Positions 34,360-46,100 of a stretch of 64,000 bases of DNA are shown here, one piece after another. The first letter of the stretch is position 1. Every line of letters begins with the position of its first letter. Made by a program: the position numbers and the translations under genes. Origin of the DNA: Blastocladiella emersonii ATCC 22665 (taxonomy: Eukaryota > Fungi > Blastocladiomycota); the NCBI GenBank assembly GCA_025594325.1, contig JANHCV010000002.1, positions 558,001-622,000 of the forward strand, written 5' to 3'. Below the pieces are notes generated by a model. That model was not told the origin of the DNA, did not search any database, and saw only the letters and a program-made list of their open reading frames with translations.

Positions 34360-36240
34360 ATGGGCGGCAAGCAAAAGAAGGTCAAGGGCGACATTGGGCT
34401 CGGCAAGACGCTGATCCGCAAGCGGTTCCAGGGCAACCGGCCGCAGGACGGCGACACGACGCTGCACACGACCGAGGTGAGCGACGGCCCGTCGTGGACC
34501 AAGCTGCAGTCGGTGACGCACGAGGGCGACCTGCAGGAGATCCTGTACACGGCCGAGCTGGCCGGCACCGAGTTCACGGCCGAGCGCCTTAACATCAAGG
34601 TCATCACGCAGGACTCGAGCGGCGTCAACCCGTTCCTGCTGACCGAGGCCCAGGAGAAGGAGACGCTGCAGCGCCACGCCGACATGCGCGAGCGGCTCAC
34701 GGTCCCGCGCCGCCCGCACTGGGACGAGACCACGACGGCCGAGGAGCTGCAGCGGTCCGAGCGCGAGTCGTTCCTCGACTGGCGCCGCGGCCTCGCCGAG
34801 CTGCAGGAGGACCACGGCCTGCTGCTGACGCCGTTCGAGCGCAACCTCGAGGTGTGGCGCCAGCTGTGGCGCGTCATTGAGCGGTCCGACGTGATTGTGC
34901 AGATTGTCGACGCGCGCAACCCGCTCTTCTTCCGGTCCACGGACCTCGAACAGTACGTGCGCGAGGTCGACCCGCGCAAGAAGAACATCCTGCTCGTCAA
35001 CAAGGCCGACATGCTGACGCGCGACCAGCGCAAGGCGTGGGCCGTGTACTTCGAGTCGCAGGGCATCCGCTTCTCCTTCTTCTCGGCCGCGCTCGCCAAG
35101 CGCGCCAACGACGAGGAGGAGCTGCGGTCGACCGAGGACGAGGCCAAGCAGCTCGAGCTGCAGCTCAAGATGGCCACGCTCGGCGAGTCGGACAACCTGC
35201 TGCTCGACGCCGACAACGTGCGCGACGACGCGGACCTGCAGACCACGGACACGCCGTCGGGCGCCAAGCGCGACCCGCTGCGCATCCTGACCACGTCCGA
35301 CCTGCTCGACCTGTTCACGTCCGAGTGCCCCGAGCCCCTGCGCAAGGACGACCCGCGCACGGGCGGCCGCGTCACGGTCGGCCTCGTCGGGTACCCGAAC
35401 GTCGGCAAGTCGTCGACCATCAACGCGCTGTGCGGGTCCAAGGTGGTGAGCGTGTCGGCGACACCCGGCAAGACCAAGCACTTCCAGACGCTGAACCTCA
35501 CCGACAAGGTGATGCTGTGTGACTGCCCCGGTCTCGTGTTCCCGTCATTTGCCACGACGCAGGCCGACATGGTGTGCAACGGCGTGCTGCCGATCGACCA
35601 GATGCGCGAGGCGTCGGCCCCCTCGGCGCTCGTCGCGCAGCGCATCCCCAAGGACCTGATCGAGCGCATCTACGGGATCCGCGTCAAGGTGTACGACGAC
35701 CTCGAGGTCGGCCGCACCATCCCGACGGGCGAGGAGCTGGCCAAGGCGTACGCGCTCGCGCGCGGGTTCATGCGGCAGGGCCAGGGCAACCCGGACGAGT
35801 CGCGCGCCGCGCGGTACCTGCTCAAGGACTACAACCGCGGCAAGCTCGTGTTCGTGCACCCGCCGCCGACCTTCACGGGCACCCCCGCCGAGTTCAACGC
35901 CATCTTGCACGCCAAGCTGCTGTCGCTGTGCACCAAGAAGCCCCCGCCGCCACTCGGCGCCAACATGGCGATCGGTGGGAAGCGGCCCGCCATCTCGGCC
36001 CAGCCCCGCGTCAACTCGTCCAAGTCGCAGAACATCGACACCGACTTCTTCGGCCAGACCCAGGTCCGCGCCATGACCATGGGCAAGCACGCGTCGGGCG
36101 ACTACGCGCGGTCCTCGCTCGGCCGCGGCGTCGACCTCGCGGGAAGCGCCCGCGGCGGCGTGCCCGAGCCCACGGGCAAGAAGTCGCACAAGAAGGGCAA
36201 GAAGAACCAGAAGGTCCGCATCCCCGTGCGCGACGAGTAG
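34360..36240 (+). CDS. LSG1: Large ribosomal subunit GTPase 1, intronless
   Basis: LTPFERNLEVWRQLWRVIERSD, VDARNPL, NKADML, GLVGYPNVGKSSTIN, TPGKTKHFQT, LCDCPGLVFP. Confidence 0.97.
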   Translation: MGGKQKKVKGDIGLGKTLIRKRFQGNRPQDGDTTLHTTEVSDGPSWTKLQSVTHEGDLQEILYTAELAGTEFTAERLNIKVITQDSSGVNPFLLTEAQEKETLQRHADMRERLTVPRRPHWDETTTAEELQRSERESFLDWRRGLAELQEDHGLLLTPFERNLEVWRQLWRVIERSDVIVQIVDARNPLFFRSTDLEQYVREVDPRKKNILLVNKADMLTRDQRKAWAVYFESQGIRFSFFSAALAKRANDEEELRSTEDEAKQLELQLKMATLGESDNLLLDADNVRDDADLQTTDTPSGAKRDPLRILTTSDLLDLFTSECPEPLRKDDPRTGGRVTVGLVGYPNVGKSSTINALCGSKVVSVSATPGKTKHFQTLNLTDKVMLCDCPGLVFPSFATTQADMVCNGVLPIDQMREASAPSALVAQRIPKDLIERIYGIRVKVYDDLEVGRTIPTGEELAKAYALARGFMRQGQGNPDESRAARYLLKDYNRGKLVFVHPPPTFTGTPAEFNAILHAKLLSLCTKKPPPPLGANMAIGGKRPAISAQPRVNSSKSQNIDTDFFGQTQVRAMTMGKHASGDYARSSLGRGVDLAGSARGGVPEPTGKKSHKKGKKNQKVRIPVRDE

Positions 36241-36358
36241 AGGGGTGAGGTGAGAAGAGTATGGTATATATAGTCATTTGATTTGTATAGCTGTCCCGTG
36301 TAACATTGAATGGTTGGTTGCGTGATGTGTGAAAGTGAGATGGTGAAGTGCGATGAGT

Positions 36359-37623
36359 TCAGAGGAGCGCGACCATGGCCACAGCGAGAACGACCGCCGG
36401 CCACGCCGCTCGCCAAGCTGCGCCGCCGCCGCCCCCACTCCACCTCGCGGCCGCGGACGTGGTGTTGCTGTTCCCCATGTTCGGCGTAGCGACGAGCGAC
36501 CCGTTCCCGAGCCCGTTCCGGCGGCGCACCTCCTTGAGCGCGTTGGTATCGCGCTCGAGGCAGTCGTCGAGACGCAGGAACGTGTACCCGCGGCCGCGCG
36601 CGAGCGCCACGAGCTGGCGAAGCCGCGACAGCGTCACCTTCGCGCTGTCGTGAGCCACGGCAATGTACCGGTGCGAGGCCGCGAGCGGCGACAGCTTCTG
36701 CTGCCACCGCACGAACAGGGCGTCGCCCGCGCTCGAGTTGGACGGCGCCGAGGCGGGTGACGAGGTGTTGGATGCGGCGTGTGCGACGTTGCCGAGCCCC
36801 GAGTCCGTGACGAGGTCCGTGTCGATGACGTCGAGCGACCACTGCACGGGGAGGAAGCCCTGGCGCGACACGTACGCGAGCTGCGCCGGCGTGTACTGGC
36901 CGCGCGGGAACCGGAAGTACAGCGGCGGGAACCCGCCGCGGACCGCGGCCAGCGCGTCGGCCGTGTCGTTGACCTCGTGCACGAGCTGCGGCTGCGTCAG
37001 GTCCGGGAAGATCGGGTCCGACCACGACGAGAAGCCGAGCAGATGGCTACACGAGTGAGGCGGACCGACGGGCGTGAGATGTGGGCGCGACCCCGGCCAT
37101 GGTCGACGCGACTTACCCCTCTTCTTCGGCGCGGCGCAGGATGGCCGCGGTCGTCGCGTTGATGTGGCTACCCGTGACGAAGAAGGTGGCCTGGATCTTG
37201 AGCTCCTTGAGCAGGTCGAGGTACCGCGGCGTGAGGATCGCGTGCGGCCCGCCGTTGAAGCTACGCCGTCGACGCGGTCAGTCATGCCCATGCCCGAGCC
37301 GGCCGTTCCCGATAATCGTACGTCAAGGAAATGGTCGCGGTCGCGAGACACACGGTGACGGGGAGGTCAAAGTAGGTCCGCGTCGGCGTGACGAGCGGCG
37401 GGATCGCGATGGGCCGCACGGCACCGCCGGCCCCCGTGGTCGCGGGAGATGCAGCTGCGTCCTGTGGTGATGGTATCGGCGTCGCAGTGACACTGTGAAC
37501 GAGGCAGACGGTGCTCGCAAGGCCTACAACAAGCAAGCAGAAGGCGAAGGCGTTCGCGAACGCGGCGATTCGGCGTTGCGCCCTGCCACATCGATCTGGG
37601 TGCGGAATCCGCTTCATTTGCAT
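36359..37623 (-). CDS. CE4/NodB polysaccharide (chitin) deacetylase-like protein, N-terminal hydrophobic segment and C-terminal GPI-like tail; two introns; catalytic motifs degenerate
   Basis: ISLT|FNGGP, IQATFFVTG, G|HLLGFSSWSDP, LYFRFPRG, VQWSLDVID, AVAHD; hydrophobic C-terminus after an S/T/N-rich linker. Confidence 0.8.
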
Positions 37624-38070
37624 CCACTCTAACTGATGGTTTTAGTCTAGCGCGTCGAGTCCGGCGGGGCAGGCCAGGGGGAGGGGGCGAATTCGCGTGC
37701 GGTGGATTCCGCGACGCGTCGCGACGCGACTTGCCCGAACCGGCGACGCGTCGCGCCGACCTGCGGGGTCACGCGCGTGGGGCCCTTCACTGCGCCAAAG
37801 CTCCAAAAGCGGCGCTGGAGGGTCCCTCGGCGGATGATTTGCAGCTGGGAGTTGACGGGCGCTCGAGTAGAAGCGGCCCGGGTGTTCGGCCCAGCTGCAA
37901 TTACTTACGCAGCGGCCGCTCCCGTCCCTCGCTCTCTTCCCCTCAGCATCCTCAACTGGCTTCCATGTATCTTTGCAGCGCTCGAACTGGCTCGTGCTCT
38001 CCCAACGGCCTGCAGAGCCCTCGCACCGACTTGTCCCCTCGCCGCTCCCATCACCATCGCGACCGCCGCC

Positions 38071-39687
38071 ATGTCAGCAGTCTCCTCCGAACCCTTGCTG
38101 AGGCCTGAGCAGGTCCCGCTACCCGCGAGTCCGCAGCTCGCGTCCGCCAACGAGTCCTTGCAGCTACTCGCAGCCTCATCAGCAGCGGTGGATGACGAGC
38201 CACCAAAGCGGCCCCTGTCCATCGATCGCGCTGACCTGGCGCCGCCGTCGTCCCTGACCGACCATGGCGAGCCCGCCTACGTCCTGACCGAGAAGCAGGT
38301 CTCTCGCCGGGCGACTATTCTCGGGCTCTGCTTCCTGCTCATGTTCACGGCCTTGTACGTTTGCACTTCAGACTCCATCACCGGACAATCCTGACACTCG
38401 GTTTCCCGCGTGCTCGCACGCAGCGGCGTGGCTCAGTCGCTCGTCACCAGCCTGTTTCCATCCGTCGGCTTCGTCGCCTTCTGCGTGCTCTACTCGAGCC
38501 TCGCGGTTGGCTCGCTCATCGGGCCGTCCGTGATGGGGCTCGTGCCCGTGAACGTCATCTTCGCGGCGTGCGCCGTCGTGTACGGCGTGTTCGTCCTGGT
38601 CGTCAACGTCGGGTCGGACCCGGTCCAGCTGATCCTCGCGTCGGGCGCCGTCGGGTTCGCGGCCGGCGTGCTGTGGGTGCAGCAGGGCGCCTTCATCACG
38701 GGGCTGAGTCGTGCGGCAGCAGGCGTCAGCGTGGCCCGGCTCACGACGCAGTTCTACGCGCTCTTCTCGGGCAACCTCATCGTCGGCAACGCCATCGCGC
38801 TTGGCCTGCTCGGCTCGGGCGTGGCGACGTCGACGCAGGTGCTGTGGGGCATGACGGTCGTCGCCGCGGTCGCCGCGCTGCTATTCCTCGTCGGTGTCCG
38901 CCCCATCCCAGTAGCCGCCGCGCAGACCGACTCCAAGGCGCCAATCGCACCCGCGCTCACGCTCGGCGAGCGGCTCAAACTCGTCGCCATCGTTCTCGTC
39001 GACCGGCGCATGCTTCTCCTCGCGCCGCTCATCGCCTTCTCGGGCGCGTGCATCACGTTCGCGTTCGCGACCCTGCCCAAGTACCTCGCCGGCGGCCTAC
39101 CGCGCGACACGAGCGCAGCGCGCATCGCGGGCTCGCTGCTCGTGTACGGCGTCGTGTCCGTGACGGGCGCCAAGCTGTGGGGCCGGTACCTGGACGTACC
39201 CGTCGCGGCGCGGTGCCGGCGCGCGCTGATTGCGCAGATCATCCTGCTGGCGGCGCAGGCGAACGTCATGACGTACGCGTACTCGTGGTCGGGGACGAGC
39301 GGGTCCGTGGTGCCAGCGCCCGGGTCGGACCTCGCGGACCTGATCCCGCTCGTCGCCGTCGGCCTGCTCGCGGGCGTGCTCGACCCGCTGCACAACTGCA
39401 TCACCAACGTGATGATCAGCGAGACGTTTGGGCCGCGCGGGCCCGCGTGGTCGGCCGCCGCGTTCGCCGTGTACCGCCTGCACCTGTGCGCGGGCGTCGT
39501 CGGGCTGTCCGTGACCAGCCTGCTCGCGCAGGGGTCGAACAAGTACCCGGCGTGGCCCGTCGTCGCGGCGTTCCTCGCGATCTTGTGGGTGCTCGGTGTC
39601 GGCGGGTATGCGGTGCTCAGCTTTTCGGCACCGCGCGAGGGGCCGGTGCCCGGCGCAGTAAAGGCCGAGGCGGCCGAGTCCGTATAA
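38071..39687 (+). CDS. UNC-93-like MFS transporter, copy 1 (intron 38355-38423)
   Basis: LMFTAF-GVAQSL, GFAAGVLWVQQGAFIT; about 12 hydrophobic segments. Confidence 0.85.
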
Positions 39688-40066
39688 ACCAAATAGACGC
39701 GTTTGAGATCTCTCCCAACACGGACGGTCAGTCAGTCCGTGTCAATCGGCGCCACAGTTGGCGCGGGAGCCTCTCCTCCGAAAGAAAGCGGCGAGCTGGT
39801 GGACGGCGTGGCGCGGCGCGACCCGTGTTGCGCCGCGATGCGAGACAAGCGATCAGCGGGCCAATCACGCCGCCGCGTGGGGCCGGCTCTGACCTCCGCG
39901 CCGTCGGCCCGTCTCCGGGAAATAGATCTCCGCGGCTCTGCGGCTCATTCTCCTCCCGGTGCTGCAGTGCCGCCCGGTGTGCGCGTGCGTGCTCCGGTGC
40001 TCGCCCAACCCTCAGCAGCGCGCTCGCCGCCATTAGGGACGCCCGCTCTCGCAGCCGCCGTCCACC

Positions 40067-41843
40067 ATGCAGCGATCACAGACTTCGAACAACCATGATG
40101 ATGTTGATGCGCACGCTGATCTGAGCGCCGTCGTCCGCCCCGAGCTGGTCCCGCTCCCGCCGAGCCCGACCAGCACCGTCCACTCCGACGCCTCCGCCTC
40201 GCTCGAGCTGCCGCCCACGCACGCCGTCGACGTCGCAGCCGAGGCCGCAGAAGCGAGCGCACCACCAGCAACCGACCGCGATCTTCCGTCCGATGCCGTG
40301 GTGGTCGCCGTCGGCGACACGGACGGCCCACGCGGCCCCGCCGACGAGATCATCACTATGTCCGCGACCACCGCCTCCGCGACGCCGGCAACCCCTGCGC
40401 CCGTCTACGTCCTGACCGAGAAGCAGGTCGCTCGCCGTGCGACGATGCTGGGCGCCTGCTTTCTGCTGACATTCACCGCCTTGTACGTCGTCGCCCGCAG
40501 CCCCGTCTCATCATCCACCGCACGCGAGCTCATTCGTCCCTGACACACCGTCCCACGATTCGCACTGTAGCGGCGTCGCGCAGTCGCTCGTGACGAGCCT
40601 GTTCCCGGCAATCGGCTTCCTCGCGTTTGGAATGCTGTACGCGTGCCTTGCCGTCGGGTCGCTGCTCGGCCCGTCGCTGACGGGCCTGGTGCCTGTGAAC
40701 GTGATCTTCACCGCGTGCGCCGTCGTGTACGGCCTGTTCGCGTTCGTCGTCAATGTCGGGTCCGACGCCGTGCACCTGATCCTGGCGTCGGGCGCTGTCG
40801 GGTTCGCCGCGGGGGTCCTTTGGGTGCACCAGGGCGCGTACATCACGGGCCTGAGCCGCGCGGCCGCGGGGATCAGCGTGTCGCGACTCACGACCCAGTT
40901 CTACGCGCTCTTCTCGGGTAACCTGATCTTGGGCAACGGGATCGCGCTCGGTTTGCTCGGGTCGCACGTCGCCACGTCGACGCAGGTGCTTTGGGGAATG
41001 ACTGTGATCGCGGCCGCGAGCGCGGTCCTGTTCCTCGTCGGGATCCGGTCCATCCCGACCGCGGCCGCGACGCCGGATCCTGCAACCAAGCCAAGCTCAA
41101 CAACAGCATCGCGCGCGGCCCCGGCCCCCATGACGCTCAAGGCCCGGCTCCGCCTCGTCGCGACCGTGTTCGTCGACCGACGCATGCTGCTCCTCGCGCC
41201 GCTCATCGCCTTCTCGGGCGCCAGCCTGACGTTCGGTTTCGCGACGCTGCCAAAGTACCTCGCGGGCGGCCTCCCGCGCGACGCGAGCGCGACGCGGATC
41301 GCGGGGACGCTGCTCGGGTACGGCGTCGTCTCCGTGACGGGCGCGAAAGCGTGGGGCCGGTTCCTGGACGTCCCCGCGGCGGCCCGCGCGCGGCGCGCGC
41401 TCGCGACGCAGACGGTGCTGCTGGGCCTGCAGTACGCGGCCATGACCTTCGCGTACACGCGTCCGGGCGGCGTGGTCCCTGCCGCGGGCGCGGGGCTGGG
41501 CGAGTTTGTCCCGCTCCTCCTCGTCGGCCTGCTCGCGGGCGCGCTCGACCCGCTGCACAACTGCGTCACGAACGTGATGCTCAGCGAGACGTTTGGGCCG
41601 CGCGGGCCCGCGTGGTCGGCCGCGGCGTTCGCCGTGTACCGCCTGCACCTGTGCGCGGGCGTGGTCGGGATCTCGGTCACGAATATCCTCGCGCAGGGCA
41701 AGGGCGCGTTCCCCGCGTGGCCAGTGGTGGCGGGGTTTCTCGGCGTCCTGTGGGCGCTCGGCGCCGCCGGGTACGTACTGGTCAACGCGCGCGGGCCGCC
41801 GGTCGGCGCGGTCGCGGAGAAGCGCGCGGTAGCCAAGGCGTGA
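40067..41843 (+). CDS. UNC-93-like MFS transporter, copy 2 (tandem paralog; intron at about 40485-40570)
   Basis: High similarity to copy 1 and the same intron position. Confidence 0.85.
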
Positions 41844-42037
41844 GGAGGTCCCGTTGTAACGAATCAATGTTTTTGGAGCCTCGGAGACGATCGAACTGCT
41901 CGCGTCGATCGGACGCGACAGCGTGAGCGAGTCGGGGGATGACGTAGGGGGAGGGGTGTAGTAAGAGAATCGATGACGACGACGACAGCATAAACAGACG
42001 GGGCCCGTTCCACGCGAGCACCTCGAGCGCGCAGGGT

Positions 42038-42712
42038 TTAGTTGTAGCCCGTGACGTGGAAGTAGGTGGTCGGGGAGTCGGTGGGCATGGCCGAGTCGGC
42101 GGACCGGTTCCACTGCTTGTGGCTGATGGAGGGCGGCAGCGGGATGGAGTCGGCCACGGCGCGGATCTCCTCGACGGTCGGGGCGATCACGGCCATGCCG
42201 GGGCCCGTGGGGAGGCTACACGGATACGCGTCAGAGGCGTGGTCTGGGGCGAGCGGAGTAGTCGGGAGGACGACGTACGCCTTGACGTCGGCGCCAGCAG
42301 CGAGGGCCGGGGCCGTGGGGTTGGCGTAGACGGTGGTCTGCGGGTAGTTGCGGCGGTGGTCGCGCTGGAAGTAGTAGTTGTTCGAGATGGCGTCGTTCTC
42401 GCTACACGCGCGGAGGTCGGGTATCAGCGCGCGCTGTCCTTGCCCAGGACCGCGAATAGAAGCCGTACGTCTCGGGGGGAATGTACTTGGGCTGCGAGCT
42501 GATGGCGGCAAGGAATCACGATACACAGAGAGGCCCGCGACGAACGGGGGCGGTCAGAGACCCGTTCACGAGATAAACGATACAGCAAGGCAGCGAGAAG
42601 CTTACGCCGGGGCCGGGGTACGGAAGGAGCCGCCCCAGATATCGGGCTCGACGGCGCTGGGGTTGACCACCAGGCGCAGGCGCTTCATGATGTTGAGGAG
42701 CGGGGCCGACAT
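42038..42712 (-). CDS. NDUFA7: NADH:ubiquinone oxidoreductase subunit NDUFA7/B14.5a (fungal NUZM-type), multi-exon
   Basis: AISNNYYFQRDHRRNYPQTTV family motif; exon 1 MSAPLLNIMKRLRLVVNP...FRTPAPA. Confidence 0.8.
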
Positions 42713-43192
42713 GGTGCGAACGACCGGTTGCGTGGACTCGATTACGTTTGATGCGTAGCAAAGGCGAGGACCGCGTCGGGGTGTGCGCGCTCGTTCAAAG
42801 TGGCGATCTTGATTGGCGGCCGCGGTCGCGAAAACGAGGCGGTGAGGCGCAAACGGCTGTCAGCTGATGCCGCCTGCCACGCCCGTCAGCCGCCGCGACG
42901 CGTCGCCGCCTTCTCCCGCGCGACGCGTCTCGCGTGTCTCGCACCTCCGCCGCGCCACGCGTCAGCTGGCCACACAGCGCGCATTTCCTCGATGCCAGCG
43001 CATGCAGTGCAATCCGGGCGCGGCACGGGGGAGGAGCCGACGGGTCGCGCGCGGTAACCCGATCGCGCCCCTGCCACTGACGCCGCCGCCCTGACGCCGC
43101 CGCGCCCCCACGCACCCGAATTCTTGTTGCGCACGCAATCTCCGCGACTGCCTGGCACCAGCTGCAGTGCACCCAATCCATGCATCACCACC

Positions 43193-46100
43193 ATGCGGCT
43201 GAAAGCGCGCCTCCGCGCGCTCTACTTTGAGCTCGCCTACTCGCTCATCTCCGAGAACCATGTATTCGACACGCTCGAGGCCATCGCCACGGTCCTCGAG
43301 TTCTTCCAGATCGCCGCCTTCATCTTCGCCCCGCGGTATCCATGGGGCGTCGCCGAGATCCAAAAGAGCCTGCAGTTCGTGCTGCTCGCCTTCTACAACA
43401 AGACCCTCACCATGTTCTTCGTCTCGGTCGTGCTGCTCATGAACCTCACCTTCGCGTGGCTCGTCTGGGAGATTGCGCGCAAGGGCGGCATCAGCCAGTT
43501 CCGCGTCCTACAAATCGCGCGCCTGCTCATTGGCGTGCTGTCCTCGTTCCTATTCCTGCCCATCTTCGAGGAGGCCGTCGCCACCGCCTACGACTACATC
43601 ACCGTCGGCAAGGGAGACCTCGTGTCGGTCCTGGTCATCACCATCGTCAACGCCATCGGCATGCTCGCCCCGACCATCGCCGTGGCGTACATGCAGGGCC
43701 CCGACCTGCACCGCCTCACCGTCTTCTCGCGGGCGTCGAGCCGGCAGCAGGTCGTCCTGCTCGCCGTCAAGTTCGCCATCTCGCTCGCGTTCGGCGTCCT
43801 GCCCAACAACCTGTTCCCCGTCATCCTCCTCATCTGCCAGCTCAGCGTGTGGGTCATGGCGCTCTATTTGCCGCTCTACTTCAGCCCCGTCTTCAACCTC
43901 GTGTGGATGTGCCAGCACGCCGCCCTGACCTACGCCAACATCATCCTGCTCATCCTGACGCGCGACTCGACCGACACGACGCTGCAGCTCGGCGGGTTCC
44001 CGCAGTGGTTCGCCGTGGCGCTCGCCGGCGCGCTGCCCGCCGCCGCGCTCAGCGGGTACGCGTACATCCTGCGCAACCGCAGCGTGCTTGCACACTTCCC
44101 GATCTGGGAGCACGAGCGCGAGGTGATCCGCGCGCACCTCCGGCGCCTCGTCACGCCGCGCAGCAAGCTAAAGGCCGCGACCGTGTCCGAGGAGCACCTG
44201 CGCATCGCGTCGCAGCTCGTCGCCGCCGCCAAGGCCGTGTCACCCGCCGACCTCGTGCGCCGGTGCCGCAACCCGTCCGAGATCGTCTACGTGTCCAACA
44301 TCCTCTTCTTCACGGGCGGCCGCGAGCTGTTCCCGTACACGGTCGAGTTCCTCGCGCGCGGCGTCAAGCGGTACCCCGAGAACGAGCGGCTCAACCTCGC
44401 CTTCATCGCCAAGGCTGCCGTCGCTGGTGAGAGTACCGCGCAGCAGAAGCTGTACATCCAGGGGCTCATGCGAAAGGCCCTCGCGCGCGCGCCGTCCGGC
44501 ATGGATACGCGGTTCAACTATTACGCCATCATCAAGGTGCGTGCTCAAGATGGTCGTTTCTGGATCGAGACTGACTTGTCGTTTGCAACTAGGCGTTCGA
44601 GATCACCGCGTTCCGCCAGCAGAGCCGCGAGATGCGCAGGATGGCTCTGCTCGACATCACCCGCTTCGTGCGTTCGCTGCATGGTTCACGGTGTGGCAAG
44701 TCTGACGAGCGCTCGCGTGTAGCACTACAACTGGACCGCGGCCTCGCAGGCGTACGTCGCTGCGCTCAAGTGGTCGTACCAGTTCTGGCGCACCTGCTCG
44801 TCCGAACGCGTCAACGCCGAAGTGGTACGCGGTCCCAACGCGCGCCGAGCACTCCGCCATCGTGCTTACGAGTCCACACGTGTACCTGTAGCTCGGGCTC
44901 ATCGCCGACAAGCTGCAGGAGAACCAGGACGACGCGCTGCACCACTACCACGTGCTGCTGGAGCGGTTCCCGTCGTCGGTCGAGATCCTGCGGTCGTACG
45001 CGAGCTTCGTGCTCGACTGCCTCAACCACCCGAAGCTGGGTGAGGAGATCATCGAGTTCGCCGACCGTCTCGAGGAGGAAAAGTCGGACCGCCGCCAGGC
45101 CAAGTCGGCCGCGGCCGCCGCCCACCCGGCGACCTCGTCGTCGCAGAAGATCCAGTCGTCGTCCAACGCACTCGACGAGGCCAAGAGCGAGCGGTCGAGC
45201 CGCCAGCACAGCGCGTCGGGCCGCAGCAGCGACCTCATGAAGGCCATCAGCAACAACAGCATCTTCGACATCGAGTCGTTTGATTCGCGGCGCAACGCGG
45301 TGGCCATGGGCACGCTGCGCACGCTCCAGGCGTGGGTGCGCTGGTCGTACGCCGCCCTGTTCATCGTCATCATCGTCATCTACGCGATCGGCGGGCAGTA
45401 CGCGCGGCAGGAGGAGGCGCTGCGGAATCTCATTGTCAATGCCGGAACGTGCGTGTAACGCGCGCTGCTACTTGACCATCGATGTCGTGCTCACCCTGAC
45501 CGGTTGTAGATTGCGGCGCAACTCGATCGTGGTCATCAACTGGGCGCGCAACCTCGACCTGTACCTCGCGATGGGCGCGCCGGCCACCATGATCGCCGAC
45601 GCCCAGTCGCGCCTCAAGACCATGGCCACAGCCGTGCGCTCGGGCCTCAGCAGCGTCTTCTTTGGCGTCGGCCCGGCCATCAGCGACTACATGGTGACGT
45701 ACTGGACGTGGCGCACGATCCCGGACCGCACTTTCCGCTCGCTCATCGACTACATCACGCCGTTTCAGCTGTTCTCGTCCGCGTACCTGCACGCCAACAC
45801 GCTCTCCCAGGACAATGCCACGACGCTGAAGCGCGACCACCCGAGCCTCCAGTGGATGCTCATGAACGGCATGCCCGCGCGCTACTTTGACGAGGTGATT
45901 TCCATGGTCTCCGAGTTCCAGAAGCGGTACCTCGAGGCCGTCTCGGGCTGGACGTCATCGATGGAAATCTCCTCGATCGTCGTCGGCCTCGTCCCGCTGC
46001 TCATCTTCCTGCTCATCGTGCTCCCGCGCTGGTTCCACCTGTCGCAGGAGCTCGACGCCACGACGCGTCTGTTCGGCCGCATCCCGCGCAAGGTCGCGTC

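Noticed and set aside
42900-42975. ACGCGT and CAGCTG sites upstream of TmcB-like copy 1 (also CGCGACGCGTCGCG at about 37710 and 48095)
   Set aside because: Spacing differs from motifs 1 and 2, and such CG-rich words arise readily by chance at this GC content
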